Source of the DNA: Candidatus Tenderia sp.
Lineage (GTDB): Bacteria > Pseudomonadota > Gammaproteobacteria > Tenderiales > Tenderiaceae
Assembly: GCA_043779675.1 (NCBI GenBank)
Contig: JAYWDX010000275.1
Location: 1-37,063 of the forward strand
DNA: 37,063 nucleotides
Direction: 5' to 3'
Made by a program: the position numbers and the translations under genes
Part shown: in pieces, positions 12,470 to 24,143 of the stretch
How the letters are laid out: each line of letters opens with the position of its first letter
How positions within the stretch are numbered: the stretch's first letter is position 1
Notes under the pieces: generated by a model
Database searches by the model: none
The model's input: only the letters and a program-made list of their open reading frames with translations
What the model was told of the DNA's origin: nothing

Positions 12470-13023
12470 CGCTTCACTTCTTCTTTAAACAGGCCATGGC
12501 GCCGTAACTGACTCAGCAGTTGGCGGATCACACCACGGACACTGCCTTCGCCGGTATCGACAATAATATCAGCCACTTCGCGATAGAGCGGATCACGTGC
12601 CTCAATCAGGGCTGCAATCCTGGCGCGCGGATTCTCGGTCTGCAACAACGGCCGGTTGCGATCACGAGCGGTACGCTGGTAGAGCTGGTCCGCCTTGGCG
12701 CGCAGATAGACTACCGTACCACGCTGACTCAGAAAGGTGCGGTTATCCGGATCAAGTACGGCGCCACCACCCGTGGCCAAAACCAGCCCCTGGCGCTGAC
12801 TCAAATCATCGATCACACCACGCTCCCACTCCCGAAACCCAGCCTCGCCCTCAATCTCAAAGATCACCGGGATCGTGGTGCCAGTACGGCGCTCAATCTC
12901 GTGGTCACTATCGACAAACTCGAGGTTCAGTGTTTTGGCCAGCTGCCTGCCAACCGTGGTTTTACCTGACCCCATCGGGCCAACCAGAAAAATGTTCTTC
13001 GGTTTTTCCGAAGTATAAGGCAT
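12466..13023 (-). CDS. aroK: shikimate kinase
   Basis: [22 protein letters not shown]-loop, 185 aa from ATG 13023. The track extension to 13221 crosses the pilQ terminator and the pilQ 3' end. Confidence 0.95.
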   Translation of the reverse strand: MPYTSEKPKNIFLVGPMGSGKTTVGRQLAKTLNLEFVDSDHEIERRTGTTIPVIFEIEGEAGFREWERGVIDDLSQRQGLVLATGGGAVLDPDNRTFLSQRGTVVYLRAKADQLYQRTARDRNRPLLQTENPRARIAALIEARDPLYREVADIIVDTGEGSVRGVIRQLLSQLRRHGLFKEEVKR

Positions 13024-13094
13024 GAGAGCTGGCTTCCAAACTACTGATCGAAAGCGGAATTTACCAAATAAATGGCGGTTACCGTTAATCCAAA

Positions 13095-13134
13095 TAAAAA
13101 AACCGGGGCCACGGTCTCCCGCAGCCCCGGTTTT
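13095..13134 (-). terminator. rho-independent terminator downstream of pilQ
   Basis: The CCGGGGC / GCCCCGG stem extends with A/T pairs to 11 bp around a 14-nt loop. It is followed on the minus strand by a T-run and lies 20 nt after the pilQ stop. Confidence 0.75.
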
Positions 13135-13153
13135 CAGAGGGCATAAGCCACTC

Positions 13154-15346
13154 TTAATTAAGCGACAATCCCTCCTTGATGATCTTGGGTGTGATAAAGA
13201 CCAGTAGCTCCTCTTTGCCATCCGACTCCGACTTGTTACGGAACAGGACGCCGATCAGGGGCAGATCACCTAAGAACGGTACTTTGGTGGTGTCTTTGCG
13301 GGTCTCCTGCTCATAGACGCCGCCCAAAACGATGGTTTCACCATTTTCTACCAACACCTGAGTATTGATCTTACGGGTATTAATACTTGGCACATTAAAA
13401 TAAGTCGCGCCCACACTGTCCTTGTTGACCTGCAGATCCATGATCACACGGTCATCCGGGGTAATCTGGGGGGTGACCTTCAGACTCAATACCGCCTTCT
13501 TGAAGGAGATAGTGGTAGCACCGGCGGAGGAGGACTCCTGATAAGGGATCTCAACCCCCTGCTCGATAAGTGCCTCTTTCTGATTGGCTGTGATAACACG
13601 AGGGGATGAAACCACCTCACCCTTGCCCTCGATCTGCATCGCCGAAAGCTCCAGGTCCACATTGGTGCCAAACGGCAGCTTGACCATGCTCAGGGCAAAC
13701 GAACCAGCCGCCGCTGGCACAGGCAGGTTGACATTCAACCGTCCAGGGGTGGTCAGCGTCTCATTGTTGATCAGCTGATCGGTACCACCCAAAGTACCCG
13801 AAAAGGCGGTGCCACTGCCAGTACTGGCGGCCCCCAGGGTATCCCGCGAGACACCAAAACGGCTGCCGAGGCTGCGGTCAAAACCGCTGTTGGCGATGAC
13901 GATACGCGACTCAATCAAGACCTGACGCACGGGGATATCAAGCACTGCAATCAGCTTGCGTATCTCATCCAGCTTGGCCACCGTATCCTGAACCAGCAGG
14001 GTATTGGTTCGGGCATCAAACGTGACCGTGCCACGAGCAGACATTAATGAAGCGCCTTGACCAGATGAGGATGCACCCGCTGAAGTTGATGACGAAGTGC
14101 CTTTACCACGCAGCAGCGTCTGTATGTCAGAAGCCTTGGCATAGTTGATCTGGATCAGATCAGAGAACAGCGGCTCCAGATCGGTAAGCTGCTTTTTGGC
14201 CTCCAGATCATGTTTCTCGCGTGCGGCGATCTCTTCAGACGGACCGATGTACATCACACTGCCCATCTCCCGCATCGCCAACCCTTTGGTTTTGAGGATG
14301 ATGTCGAGCGCCTGATCCCAGGGCACATTCTGCAGACGCAGGGTGAGGCTGCCGGTGACTGTATCGCTAGTGACCAGGTTCATACTGGTAAAATCAGCAA
14401 TGAGCTGTAGTACCGCCCGCACTTCAATGTTCTGGAAGTTGAGCGACAGACGCTCACCACCGAAGGCGCGCGGGTCACCCTTGCGCTTGAGCTCCTCCAC
14501 ATCCTTTTCTACACTCTTTCTGACTTCTATAGTCATCAGATTGCCGGCTTGGTAAGCCATGTGTTCATACTGCCCCTGCCCCGTCACTACCATGCGCACA
14601 TTATTGCCCTGGCGGAAGGTGTCGATCTGCGTCACCGGAGTGGCAAAATCGGTTACATCCAGGCGCTGCTCCAGCGCTGCGGGTACATTGGTATCGGTAA
14701 AGTCCAATGCCAGCTTGCCACCTTGCTGCTGAATATTGACGTTGGTGCCAGGATCGGAGAGCGTTACTAAAATGCGCCCTTCGCCCTTTTCGCCACGGCG
14801 GAAATCGATGCTCTTTATGGCATGGCTGGCAGGGGTCTCGCGGCTAGTAAAAGCGGCCGGTTTTTTGTCTACCGGAGGTGTCGCCGTCACGGCACTGGCA
14901 CTCTCCAGAATGATATAAACACTCTTACCCTCAACCCGGGTTTCATAAGGCACCAGCTGTGTCAGATTCAGCACCGCTCGGGTACGGCCACGCGCCTCCA
15001 CAACATTGACACTACGTGCCACGCCGACGCCGACCTGGGTGGTGCGTTTGGCCAATTTGTTTTCAGTATCTGGAAAATCGAGCGCAATTCGCGCCGGGTT
15101 GTTGATGGTGAAACTGATGGGTTCTGCTGCTGCGGCCGACATGGTGAACTTGATCTGGACGCGATTGCCCGGCAGATTAGAGACATCCACCGTCTCCAGG
15201 CCATTCGCCGCTTGCGCCAATCCCGGTGCCCCTACCCCAAACAGCATCAAGGCCGCCAAAATTCCGCTTCTGAACATCCCCAGCCTCCATGCTCGATTCA
15301 TGATTTTTTTTATGCTATTCATCATCAACACTTGTTCCATTACCAT
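13154..15346 (-). CDS. pilQ: type IV pilus secretin PilQ
   Basis: Signal peptide (...GAPGLAQA), two AMIN-like N-terminal repeats, and the secretin C-domain (VLIESRIV..., GGVYEQ...KVPFLGDLPLIGVLF). The start is ambiguous: ATG at 15346, 15340 (best spacing to AAGGGGG), 15322 or 15301. Confidence 0.95.
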   Translation of the reverse strand: MVMEQVLMMNSIKKIMNRAWRLGMFRSGILAALMLFGVGAPGLAQAANGLETVDVSNLPGNRVQIKFTMSAAAAEPISFTINNPARIALDFPDTENKLAKRTTQVGVGVARSVNVVEARGRTRAVLNLTQLVPYETRVEGKSVYIILESASAVTATPPVDKKPAAFTSRETPASHAIKSIDFRRGEKGEGRILVTLSDPGTNVNIQQQGGKLALDFTDTNVPAALEQRLDVTDFATPVTQIDTFRQGNNVRMVVTGQGQYEHMAYQAGNLMTIEVRKSVEKDVEELKRKGDPRAFGGERLSLNFQNIEVRAVLQLIADFTSMNLVTSDTVTGSLTLRLQNVPWDQALDIILKTKGLAMREMGSVMYIGPSEEIAAREKHDLEAKKQLTDLEPLFSDLIQINYAKASDIQTLLRGKGTSSSTSAGASSSGQGASLMSARGTVTFDARTNTLLVQDTVAKLDEIRKLIAVLDIPVRQVLIESRIVIANSGFDRSLGSRFGVSRDTLGAASTGSGTAFSGTLGGTDQLINNETLTTPGRLNVNLPVPAAAGSFALSMVKLPFGTNVDLELSAMQIEGKGEVVSSPRVITANQKEALIEQGVEIPYQESSSAGATTISFKKAVLSLKVTPQITPDDRVIMDLQVNKDSVGATYFNVPSINTRKINTQVLVENGETIVLGGVYEQETRKDTTKVPFLGDLPLIGVLFRNKSESDGKEELLVFITPKIIKEGLSLN

Positions 15347-15359
15347 GCCCCCTTTGGGA

Positions 15360-15920
15360 TCACTCTGCTATCGCCAATGATGCCTGGCGAGGCAGCCAAC
15401 CGCCCAGACCATCCGGTACTATTTCAGTAATCTCAATCCTGTCGGGAAGTATTGCCGTCACCCGACCGTGATTTTGCCCCAGGTAGTTACCCTTTACGAC
15501 CCGAGAGACCAGACCATCCGGCGATTTGACCAACCCAGCGTTCTCTTTATCACGCCGTAGCGTTCCCACCATGCTCAACGCATCTAGCGGGTAAGACTCG
15601 AGTGGCTCACGCCGACGGTCAAAGCTGGGCTGCAAGCCACCGCCAGTTGTCGCTCGCCGCTGAGACTCCTGTGCCTGAGCGGCTTTAACCTCCCAGCCTA
15701 CAAACGGATCACCCAACTCATCGGCAGAATAGGTGAAATTTTCCACCGGCGTAAACTCAGGCAGTGGCGGCACTTTTCCCCGACTATTGGCTTTAATGTC
15801 CGCGATATCCTTTTGCAGATCATCCATATTGCCACCACTACAGCCGACCAATACCAGCGCCAGCGCCACGCAGCAGCCGCGTAACAGAAGAGCGCCATTA
15901 TCAATGAATACGGCTCTCAT
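15360..15920 (-). CDS. pilP: type IV pilus assembly lipoprotein PilP
   Basis: Lipobox LVGC, position between pilO and pilQ, PilP-like C-terminal beta domain. ATGA overlap with the pilO stop. Confidence 0.9.
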   Translation of the reverse strand: MRAVFIDNGALLLRGCCVALALVLVGCSGGNMDDLQKDIADIKANSRGKVPPLPEFTPVENFTYSADELGDPFVGWEVKAAQAQESQRRATTGGGLQPSFDRRREPLESYPLDALSMVGTLRRDKENAGLVKSPDGLVSRVVKGNYLGQNHGRVTAILPDRIEITEIVPDGLGGWLPRQASLAIAE

Positions 15921-16525
15921 TGGCCCTCCTCCAGATAACGGTAAGTCTTGGCCTTGGCCGACATGGAGAGTGTCGCCACTTTATTAACCTCTTTACCAGC
16001 AGTGATGCTGATGTCATGCAGCGTCACAATACGTGGCAACGCCGCCACATCGCTGACAAACTTTCCAAAGTCGTGGTAATTACCGGTGACCTTGATATCG
16101 ATCGGCAGCTCTGAGTAGAATTCGGCGGGAACCTCTGCCAATGGCTTGAACAACTCAAACTCCAAGCCATTGGCCAGGCCGGACTGTGATATATCCACCA
16201 GCAACTCCGCCACCTCTGTTTTACTCGGCAATTGTCGCAGCATGGCACCAAAAGAGCGCTCCATGTCGGCCATCTGCTGCTTGTAATCCTCCAAATTAAT
16301 AGCCTTGATCTGTTTAGCCTTAAAGGTCTCTTTTAATTCAGCCTCTTTTTGCTCGGCTTGTTTCAACACCTCCAACTGTTGCCGGGTATCAAACCAATAA
16401 CCGGCAAAAAGAACCGCCACCGACACCAGAACGATAGCAATAACCTTGGCTATCAGCGGCCACGAGCCGACATCGTTAAAATCGAGAGTTTTGAGCTGTT
16501 CAAAATCAATCTCTTTGAGGTTCAT
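15917..16525 (-). CDS. pilO: type IV pilus assembly protein PilO
   Basis: Single N-terminal TM helix, a coiled-coil, and a PilO-like core (MLRQLPSKTEVAELLVDIS). Conserved position. Confidence 0.92.
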   Translation of the reverse strand: MNLKEIDFEQLKTLDFNDVGSWPLIAKVIAIVLVSVAVLFAGYWFDTRQQLEVLKQAEQKEAELKETFKAKQIKAINLEDYKQQMADMERSFGAMLRQLPSKTEVAELLVDISQSGLANGLEFELFKPLAEVPAEFYSELPIDIKVTGNYHDFGKFVSDVAALPRIVTLHDISITAGKEVNKVATLSMSAKAKTYRYLEEGQ

Positions 16526-17102
16526 TGTGCTTCACCGGCCTTTTTCTTTTCAACCGCCTCCGGAGCCAACTGCTTCACCTTCAGCACAAATTTACTGACA
16601 CGGTTACCGGCAGTATCTTGTGCCTGAATCACGTCAAGCATAGGATCGCTGAACCAGAGCGAGTTTTCCAGGTTGCGCATGAAGGCGGAGATTCTGGCAT
16701 TAGATTGGGCGACGCCCTCCAACTCCAGATCGGCCTCCTTCTGTGTCACTTTGGTCAATACCAGTCCTTCCGGCAAAGTACGCACCAACTCATCGACAAG
16801 ATGCACACTCAGGGGGCGCCGTGTCTGCAGATCCTGAATCACCGTCATTCGGTTAAGCAGCTGAGTCTTCTTGGTCTCCAGCTCACTAATTTCCTTAATG
16901 CTTTCATCAACCTTGGCAATCTCTACCTCAAGCAGGGCATTACGAGAGTTTTGATGCTCCACCATGCCATTGATGTGAAGATGCACGTAAAAGATGACCG
17001 CCGCCATCAACAGGGCGACACCACCGGCAATCGATGCAAACTGGCGCTTACGCTCTTTGCGTAATGTTTCACGCCAGGGCAGTAGATTAATATGCGTAGT
17101 CA

Positions 17103-17103
<1 letters not shown>
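16522..17103 (-). CDS. pilN: type IV pilus assembly protein PilN
   Basis: INLLPWRE signature at the N-terminus, a TM helix, and conserved position. 4-nt overlap with the pilO start. Confidence 0.92.
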
Positions 17104-18383
<1,280 letters not shown>

Positions 18384-20765
18384 ATGCCCAATCTTCTCCG
18401 CCGCTTCATGATCAGCCTTGCGGCCCTCTTCATTCTTGGTCTTGTTGCTGTTGCCGCCGCCTATTTTTATGTAGCTCCGCAGCTACCATCGGTAGAAGTG
18501 TTGCGTGATGTCCGTTTTCAGGTCCCTTTACAGGTTTATACCAACAGCGGTCAGTTACTGGCAGAGTACGGCACCAAAAAACGCGATCCGCTGAAATATG
18601 AGCAGATCCCCAAGAGTGTCATCAGCGCCTTTTTGGCAGCGGAAGATGACCGCTTTTTCGAACACCCGGGCGTCGATTATCAGGGGCTGCTGCGCGCCGC
18701 CGGGCTGCTGGTTGTCACCGGTGAGAAGAGTCAGGGCGGCAGCACTATCACTATGCAGGTGGCGCGCAACTTCTTTCTTAGCAGTGAAAAAACCTTCCTG
18801 CGCAAGTTTAATGAAATCCTGCTCTCCTTAAAAATTGAAGCCGAACTCACCAAAGAACAGATCCTCGCACTCTATTTAAACCAGATATATCTTGGCAACC
18901 GTGCCTACGGTGTTGGCAGTGCGGCGCAGGTCTACTACGGCAGACCGCTTGACCAACTCAACCTGGCCGAGATCGCCATGATCGCCGGTCTACCCAAGGC
19001 GCCATCGCGTTACAACCCGGTCGCCGACCCCAAAAGGGCGCAGCTGCGCCGCGACTACGTGCTTAATCGCATGCTCAAGCTAGGATCTATTACTCAGGCT
19101 GAGCATGATAAGGCCATCGCTGAGCCGGTCAGCGCCAAGCTCTATCAGGCAACCATTGATCTACAAGCCCCCTATGTCGGCGAGATGGTGCGCAGTTATG
19201 TCTATGAACGCTATGGCGAGAAAGCCTACACCGACGGCTACAAGGTCTATGTCACGATTGATGCGCAGCTGCAACAGGCAGCTCAAGAGTCACTGCGCCA
19301 GGCGCTGCTGGACTATGATCGCCGCCACGGCTATCGCGGGGCGCTCAGCCACATCAATTTCACTGCTGCTACCGCAATCACTGACATCCTCGACCAAATC
19401 GACCCCATTCCTGAAGTTGGCAATTTAAAAATCGCCATGGTTTACAAGGTTAAGGAGCACGACATCACCGCGCTGCGGGCCAATGGCGAACAGATTCAGA
19501 TCCCGTGGCAGGGGCTCTCCTGGGCCGCCCGCTATAACAACAGCCGCAGCATCGGACCCGCCCCCAAGGTTGCCAGCGATATCGTCAAAAGTGGCGATGT
19601 GATTTACGTTCGCGAAACTGCGCCCGAACAGTGGGCGCTGGCGCAGATTCCAGAACCGGGCGCCGCCATCGTCTCTATCAACCCCCATGATGGCGGCATC
19701 TTGGCATTGAGCGGCGGCTTCGATTTTTTCCACACCAAATTCAACCGCGCCACCCAGGCCAAGCGCCAGCCCGGCTCCAGCTTCAAGCCGTTTATCTACG
19801 CCGCCGCGCTGGAGAAGGGTTTCACCGCCGCCTCCATCATCAATGACGCGCCGGTGGTCTTCGAAGATTCAGGGTTGGAGTCATCATGGCGTCCGGAAAA
19901 TTACAGCGGCGAGATCTATGGTCCCACCCGCCTGCGCGAGGCGCTGGTCAACTCCCGCAACCTGGCCTCGATCCGCCTGCTCCAGGCAATCGGTGTCGGC
20001 TATGCTATCGACTACGCCACCAAGTTTGGCTTTGATCGGGCGCGTCTGCCACGCGATCTATCGTTATCACTCGGCACCGCCTCCGTAACGCCATTGGAGC
20101 TGGCTGCTGGCTACACCGTCTTTGCCAATGGCGGCTTCCGTGTCACCCCCTATTTCATCGCCAAAATTGTCGATGGCAACGGCAAGACCCTCTTTAAGGC
20201 CAAGCCTACCGTTGCCTGCCTCGAGTGTGGCGCAACTGGCGAATCGGGCGGCTCCCAAGCACCACGAGTGGCATCGCAACAAGTCACTTATATCACCAGC
20301 AGCATGATGCAGGATGTCATTCGCCGTGGCACCGGCCAGCGCGCCATGCAGCTAGGACGCAGTGACCTGGCCGGCAAAACCGGTACCACCAACGACCAGC
20401 GCGACGCCTGGTTTGCCGGTTTCAACGCTGACATAGTCACGGTCAGCTGGGTCGGTCTTGATGACGCCAAATCCCTGGGCTACGATGAAACGGGCGGCAA
20501 GGCCGCCCTACCAATGTGGGTGGACTACATGCGCGTCGCACTTCGCGGGCGACCAGAGGCAGCACCGCTCCAACCCGGCGGCATCGTCACAGTAAAGATT
20601 GATCCACATACCGGGCTATTGGCCGACGCCGACCAGAGTGATGCGATCTTTGAGGTATTTCGCAGCGACAATGCCCCGGAAAATCGCGCCCCCGATATCG
20701 ACGAGTCGGTCGCCGTACCAAACGGCGGCGATGGCGAGAAATCGGCACCACAACTGTTGTTCTAA
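18384..20765 (+). CDS. mrcA: penicillin-binding protein 1A (bifunctional glycosyltransferase/transpeptidase)
   Basis: GT51 motifs (EDDRFFEHPG, GGSTITMQVARN, RKFNEILL) and transpeptidase motifs (SSFKP, SRN, KTGTT). Start re-set to ATG 18384 (MPNLLRRFMISLAALF..., TM anchor). Confidence 0.96.
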   Translation: MPNLLRRFMISLAALFILGLVAVAAAYFYVAPQLPSVEVLRDVRFQVPLQVYTNSGQLLAEYGTKKRDPLKYEQIPKSVISAFLAAEDDRFFEHPGVDYQGLLRAAGLLVVTGEKSQGGSTITMQVARNFFLSSEKTFLRKFNEILLSLKIEAELTKEQILALYLNQIYLGNRAYGVGSAAQVYYGRPLDQLNLAEIAMIAGLPKAPSRYNPVADPKRAQLRRDYVLNRMLKLGSITQAEHDKAIAEPVSAKLYQATIDLQAPYVGEMVRSYVYERYGEKAYTDGYKVYVTIDAQLQQAAQESLRQALLDYDRRHGYRGALSHINFTAATAITDILDQIDPIPEVGNLKIAMVYKVKEHDITALRANGEQIQIPWQGLSWAARYNNSRSIGPAPKVASDIVKSGDVIYVRETAPEQWALAQIPEPGAAIVSINPHDGGILALSGGFDFFHTKFNRATQAKRQPGSSFKPFIYAAALEKGFTAASIINDAPVVFEDSGLESSWRPENYSGEIYGPTRLREALVNSRNLASIRLLQAIGVGYAIDYATKFGFDRARLPRDLSLSLGTASVTPLELAAGYTVFANGGFRVTPYFIAKIVDGNGKTLFKAKPTVACLECGATGESGGSQAPRVASQQVTYITSSMMQDVIRRGTGQRAMQLGRSDLAGKTGTTNDQRDAWFAGFNADIVTVSWVGLDDAKSLGYDETGGKAALPMWVDYMRVALRGRPEAAPLQPGGIVTVKIDPHTGLLADADQSDAIFEVFRSDNAPENRAPDIDESVAVPNGGDGEKSAPQLLF

Positions 20766-20781
20766 AAAGCAAACCGCGACA

Positions 20782-21429
20782 ATGGATAACAAAACACCAC
20801 GCAACAGCCACACCAAAGAGCAGCGCCTGCGCCTGCAATTAGCCCAGGAGGCGGCGCGGTTGATGGCGGAAGAGGGGATTGAGGACTTCGACAGCGCCAA
20901 ACAGAAGGCGGCGGCGCGCCTGCATCTCCCGCGCGGCCAGAGCCTGCCGCGTAATGATGAGATTCAGCAGGCGTTGCTCGAATACCAGCGCCTCTTCAAG
21001 AGCGATACCCAGCCCCGCTCACTGCTGCGACTGCGCCAAACCGCACTCAAGGCGATGAGCTTTTTCAAAGCGTTTGAACCACGTTTGGTCGGCGCGGTGG
21101 CCGATGGCAGCGCCAGTGAGTATTCAACCATCACCCTGCACCTGTTTGCCGACAGCAGCGAAGCGCTGCATCTGTTTATGATCAATCAACGTCTGCCCTA
21201 TGAACTAGGTAGCCAACGCATTGCCGCGGCCAACGGACAGTGTGTTGAACAGCCGGTCTATCGTCTGGAGCTGGAGGGGTGTGCGATCGAATTGATCGTC
21301 TTTGACCACCTTCGGATGCGGCAGGCGCCGCGTGATCCGGTAACACACAAGCCAATGCAGCGGCTTGACATTAAAAAGGTGGAGGAGCTGATCCGGCTCA
21401 CCGGACCCGCCCAGCCCACCTCTTATTAG
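20782..21429 (+). CDS. conserved hypothetical protein, 215 aa
   Basis: ATG at 20782, 14 nt after the PBP1A stop; the track ORF from 20599 overlaps the PBP1A 3' end. Helical charged N-terminus (EQRLRLQLAQEAARLMAEEGIEDF). The C-terminal part LVGAVADGSASEYSTITLHLFAD loosely resembles a degenerate nucleotidyltransferase G[SG]...D.D strand. Confidence 0.6.
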   Translation: MDNKTPRNSHTKEQRLRLQLAQEAARLMAEEGIEDFDSAKQKAAARLHLPRGQSLPRNDEIQQALLEYQRLFKSDTQPRSLLRLRQTALKAMSFFKAFEPRLVGAVADGSASEYSTITLHLFADSSEALHLFMINQRLPYELGSQRIAAANGQCVEQPVYRLELEGCAIELIVFDHLRMRQAPRDPVTHKPMQRLDIKKVEELIRLTGPAQPTSY

Positions 21430-21432
21430 CCG

Positions 21433-22731
21433 TTAGCGCTTCAACATCTCCACATAGTCACGCCGCGCCGCGCCCTGATAGAGCTGCCGTGGACGGGCAA
21501 TGCGCTGCTGCGGATCACCAATCATCTCCATCCACTGCGATACCCAACCGACAGTACGGGCAATCGCAAACATCACGGTAAACATGTTGGTCGGAATGCC
21601 CAGCACCTTGTAGATGATGCCAGAATAGAAATCGACATTGGGGTAGAGGCTACGCTCCTTGAAGTAATCATCCTGCAACGCCACCTCCTCCAGGCGCAAC
21701 GCCAGCTCAAAGAGCGGGTCTTTCTCATCGCCAAGCTGGGCCAATACCTCATGGCACATGTTGCGGATAAGGGTGGCGCGCGGATCGAAGTTGCGATAGA
21801 TACGATGGCCAAAACCCATCAGCCGAAATGGATCGTTTTTGTCCTTGGCCTTGGCGATATATTTGGGGATGTTGCTGACGTCGCCAATCTCGCCCAACAT
21901 ATGCAGCACCGCCTCATTGGCGCCGCCATGGGCCGGACCCCACAACGCAGCGATACCGGACGCAACACAGGCAAATGGGTTGGCAGCTGAGCTACCCGCC
22001 AGACGAATGGTGGAGGTACTGGCATTCTGTTCATGATCGGCATGCAGAATAAAAATCAGATCCAGCGCCTTTTTGGCGATCGGATCAAGTTCATACTCTT
22101 CGCAAGGGACAGAAAACATCATGTTAAGCAGGTTGCCGCAGTAACCCAGCGAGTTCTTGGGATAGACAAAGGGTTCACCGATGGAGTGTTTGTAACAGGC
22201 TGCCGCAATGGTCGGCATCTTGGCGATGAGGCGATGGGCAGCAATCTCGCGATGCTGCGGATTACGGATGTCGATCGACTCATGATAGAAAGCCGACAGT
22301 GACCCCACCACACCCACCATGATCGCCATCGGATGGGCGTCATGGTTAAAGCCGCGATAGAAACTCTTCAGACTCTCGTTGATCATGGTGTGGCGCGTGA
22401 TGCTACTAACAAAGCTATCCAACTCGATCTGATGTGGCAACTCGCCATAAAGCATCAGATAAGCCACCTCAAGGAAAGAGCTTTTGGCCGCCAACTGTTC
22501 AATGGGGTACCCACGATAAAGCAGCTGCCCCTCTTCACCGTCAATATAGGTGATGGCGCTGCGGCAGCTGGCGGTCGCGACAAAACCGGGATCAAAGCTG
22601 ACATAACCAAGCTCACGATAGAGGCCGGTAATATCCACCGCGCCAGGACCGTAGGTACCGCGCTGAATCGGCAGCTCGATGCTCTTACCGGTCACGTTGT
22701 CTGTTACCGTTACCGTCTCTCTTTTTGTCAT
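21433..22731 (-). CDS. gltA: citrate synthase (type II)
   Basis: [14 protein letters not shown] signature and full-length GltA similarity. ATG at 22731 ([21 protein letters not shown]). Confidence 0.96.
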   Translation of the reverse strand: MTKRETVTVTDNVTGKSIELPIQRGTYGPGAVDITGLYRELGYVSFDPGFVATASCRSAITYIDGEEGQLLYRGYPIEQLAAKSSFLEVAYLMLYGELPHQIELDSFVSSITRHTMINESLKSFYRGFNHDAHPMAIMVGVVGSLSAFYHESIDIRNPQHREIAAHRLIAKMPTIAAACYKHSIGEPFVYPKNSLGYCGNLLNMMFSVPCEEYELDPIAKKALDLIFILHADHEQNASTSTIRLAGSSAANPFACVASGIAALWGPAHGGANEAVLHMLGEIGDVSNIPKYIAKAKDKNDPFRLMGFGHRIYRNFDPRATLIRNMCHEVLAQLGDEKDPLFELALRLEEVALQDDYFKERSLYPNVDFYSGIIYKVLGIPTNMFTVMFAIARTVGWVSQWMEMIGDPQQRIARPRQLYQGAARRDYVEMLKR

Positions 22732-22791
22732 ACCGGATATCCCTATCTTCAGTCTGAGGTAATTGTTTAGCGGCAGCACACAGCCCGGTTA

Positions 22792-24042
22792 TTAATCACG
22801 TATGGGGTAGTGGCCCGGATAGGGGCGACGCGCCACACCACTCTCAACCGCTGCCTTTGCCACTGCCGGTGGCACCCACTCGATCAGGCGTGGATCGATC
22901 GGCTTGGGGATAATGTAGCCGGGACCAAAACTCAGCGACGCCAGACCATAACACTCCAGCACCTCCTCTGGCACTGGCTCATGGGCGAGACGCCGCAAAG
23001 CATCAACGGCCGCAATTTGCATCTCCATATTAATGGTGCTTGCCTGTACGTCGAGCGCGCCGCGGAAGATGAACGGAAAACCCAGCACGTTGTTGACCTG
23101 ATTGGGGTAGTCGCTACGCCCCGTCGCCATCACCAAGTCATCACGCGCCTGCAGCGCCACCTCGGGGCGAATCTCGGGATCGGGATTGGAGAGGGCAAAG
23201 ACCACTGGTTTAGACGCCATCGACTTGAGCATCTCTGCCGTCAGAAGATCGGGGCCAGAAACGCCGATAACAACATCTGCGCCCTTTAGCGCATCGGCGA
23301 GGGTGCGTTTGTCCGTCTCAACAACAAATTTGCGCTTGTACTCATTCAGGTCATCACGACCCGTGTGAACCACCCCGGTACGATCCACCAACATGATATT
23401 GCCATGTGTCGCACCCAGTTCACGCAACAAGGTCATGGAGGCAATACCCGCCGCACCGGCGCCAACACAGACAATCTGCGCCGTCTCAATCGACTTGCCC
23501 TGTAACTCCAGGGCGTTGAGCAGACCGGCAGCGATGATAATGGCGGTGCCGTGCTGGTCATCATGAAAGACCGGAATATCGAGCCGCGCTTGCAGCGCCT
23601 TCTCAATGACAAAGCAGTGGGGGGCGGCAATATCTTCCAGATTGATGCCACCGAAAGTGGGGGCGATGCGGGCAACGGTGTCGATAAAGGCCTGCGGCGA
23701 CTCGGCGTCCACCTCAATATCGAAGACGTCGATATTGGCAAATTTTTTGAATAAAACCGCCTTGCCCTCCATCACCGGCTTACCCGCCAGGGCGCCGACA
23801 TTACCCAGCCCAAGCACGGCCGTACCATCAGTAATCACCGCCACCAGATTGCCCTTGCCGGTGTAGAGATAGGCATTCTGTTTATCCCTGGCAATCTCAC
23901 GCACCGGCGCCGCCACGCCAGGTGTATAGGCCAGCGAGAGGTCATTTTGATCCCGGCACGGCTTGGTGATGGCCGTGGCGATTTTTCCCGGTATCGGCTC
24001 GGCGTGATACCTCAAGGCCCGCTCTTTCAAATCGCTGCTCAT
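22792..24042 (-). CDS. NAD(P)-dependent malic enzyme, short two-domain form
   Basis: LAYTPGVA, VITDGTAVLGLGNVGALAGKPVMEGK and VCVGAGAAG motifs. 416 aa with no PTA-like C-terminal domain. Confidence 0.93.
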   Translation of the reverse strand: MSSDLKERALRYHAEPIPGKIATAITKPCRDQNDLSLAYTPGVAAPVREIARDKQNAYLYTGKGNLVAVITDGTAVLGLGNVGALAGKPVMEGKAVLFKKFANIDVFDIEVDAESPQAFIDTVARIAPTFGGINLEDIAAPHCFVIEKALQARLDIPVFHDDQHGTAIIIAAGLLNALELQGKSIETAQIVCVGAGAAGIASMTLLRELGATHGNIMLVDRTGVVHTGRDDLNEYKRKFVVETDKRTLADALKGADVVIGVSGPDLLTAEMLKSMASKPVVFALSNPDPEIRPEVALQARDDLVMATGRSDYPNQVNNVLGFPFIFRGALDVQASTINMEMQIAAVDALRRLAHEPVPEEVLECYGLASLSFGPGYIIPKPIDPRLIEWVPPAVAKAAVESGVARRPYPGHYPIRD

Positions 24043-24143
24043 AGTCTGATTCCAGTTCCTTCGAAACGTCTATTACGGCCGATCGGGCATCAACCGCTTA
24101 TCAACCTGCCATTGTAACGCTCTTATTTACGGGTGTGTGTTAA

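Noticed and set aside
10429-17064. Assorted 140-260-aa plus-strand ORFs (10429-10962, 11663-12448, 12520-12969, 14822-15430, 16525-17064)
   Set aside because: Each lies inside and antisense to a confidently identified minus-strand gene (the dGTPase-like gene, aroB, aroK, pilQ, pilN). None has an SD or a family signature.
22792-24042. Malic enzyme as a truncated pseudogene, since it lacks the PTA-like domain of E. coli MaeB
   Set aside because: The frame is intact with normal start and stop. The two-domain form of about 415 aa is a standard bacterial malic enzyme type and, as I recall, is also the form at this position in Pseudomonas.
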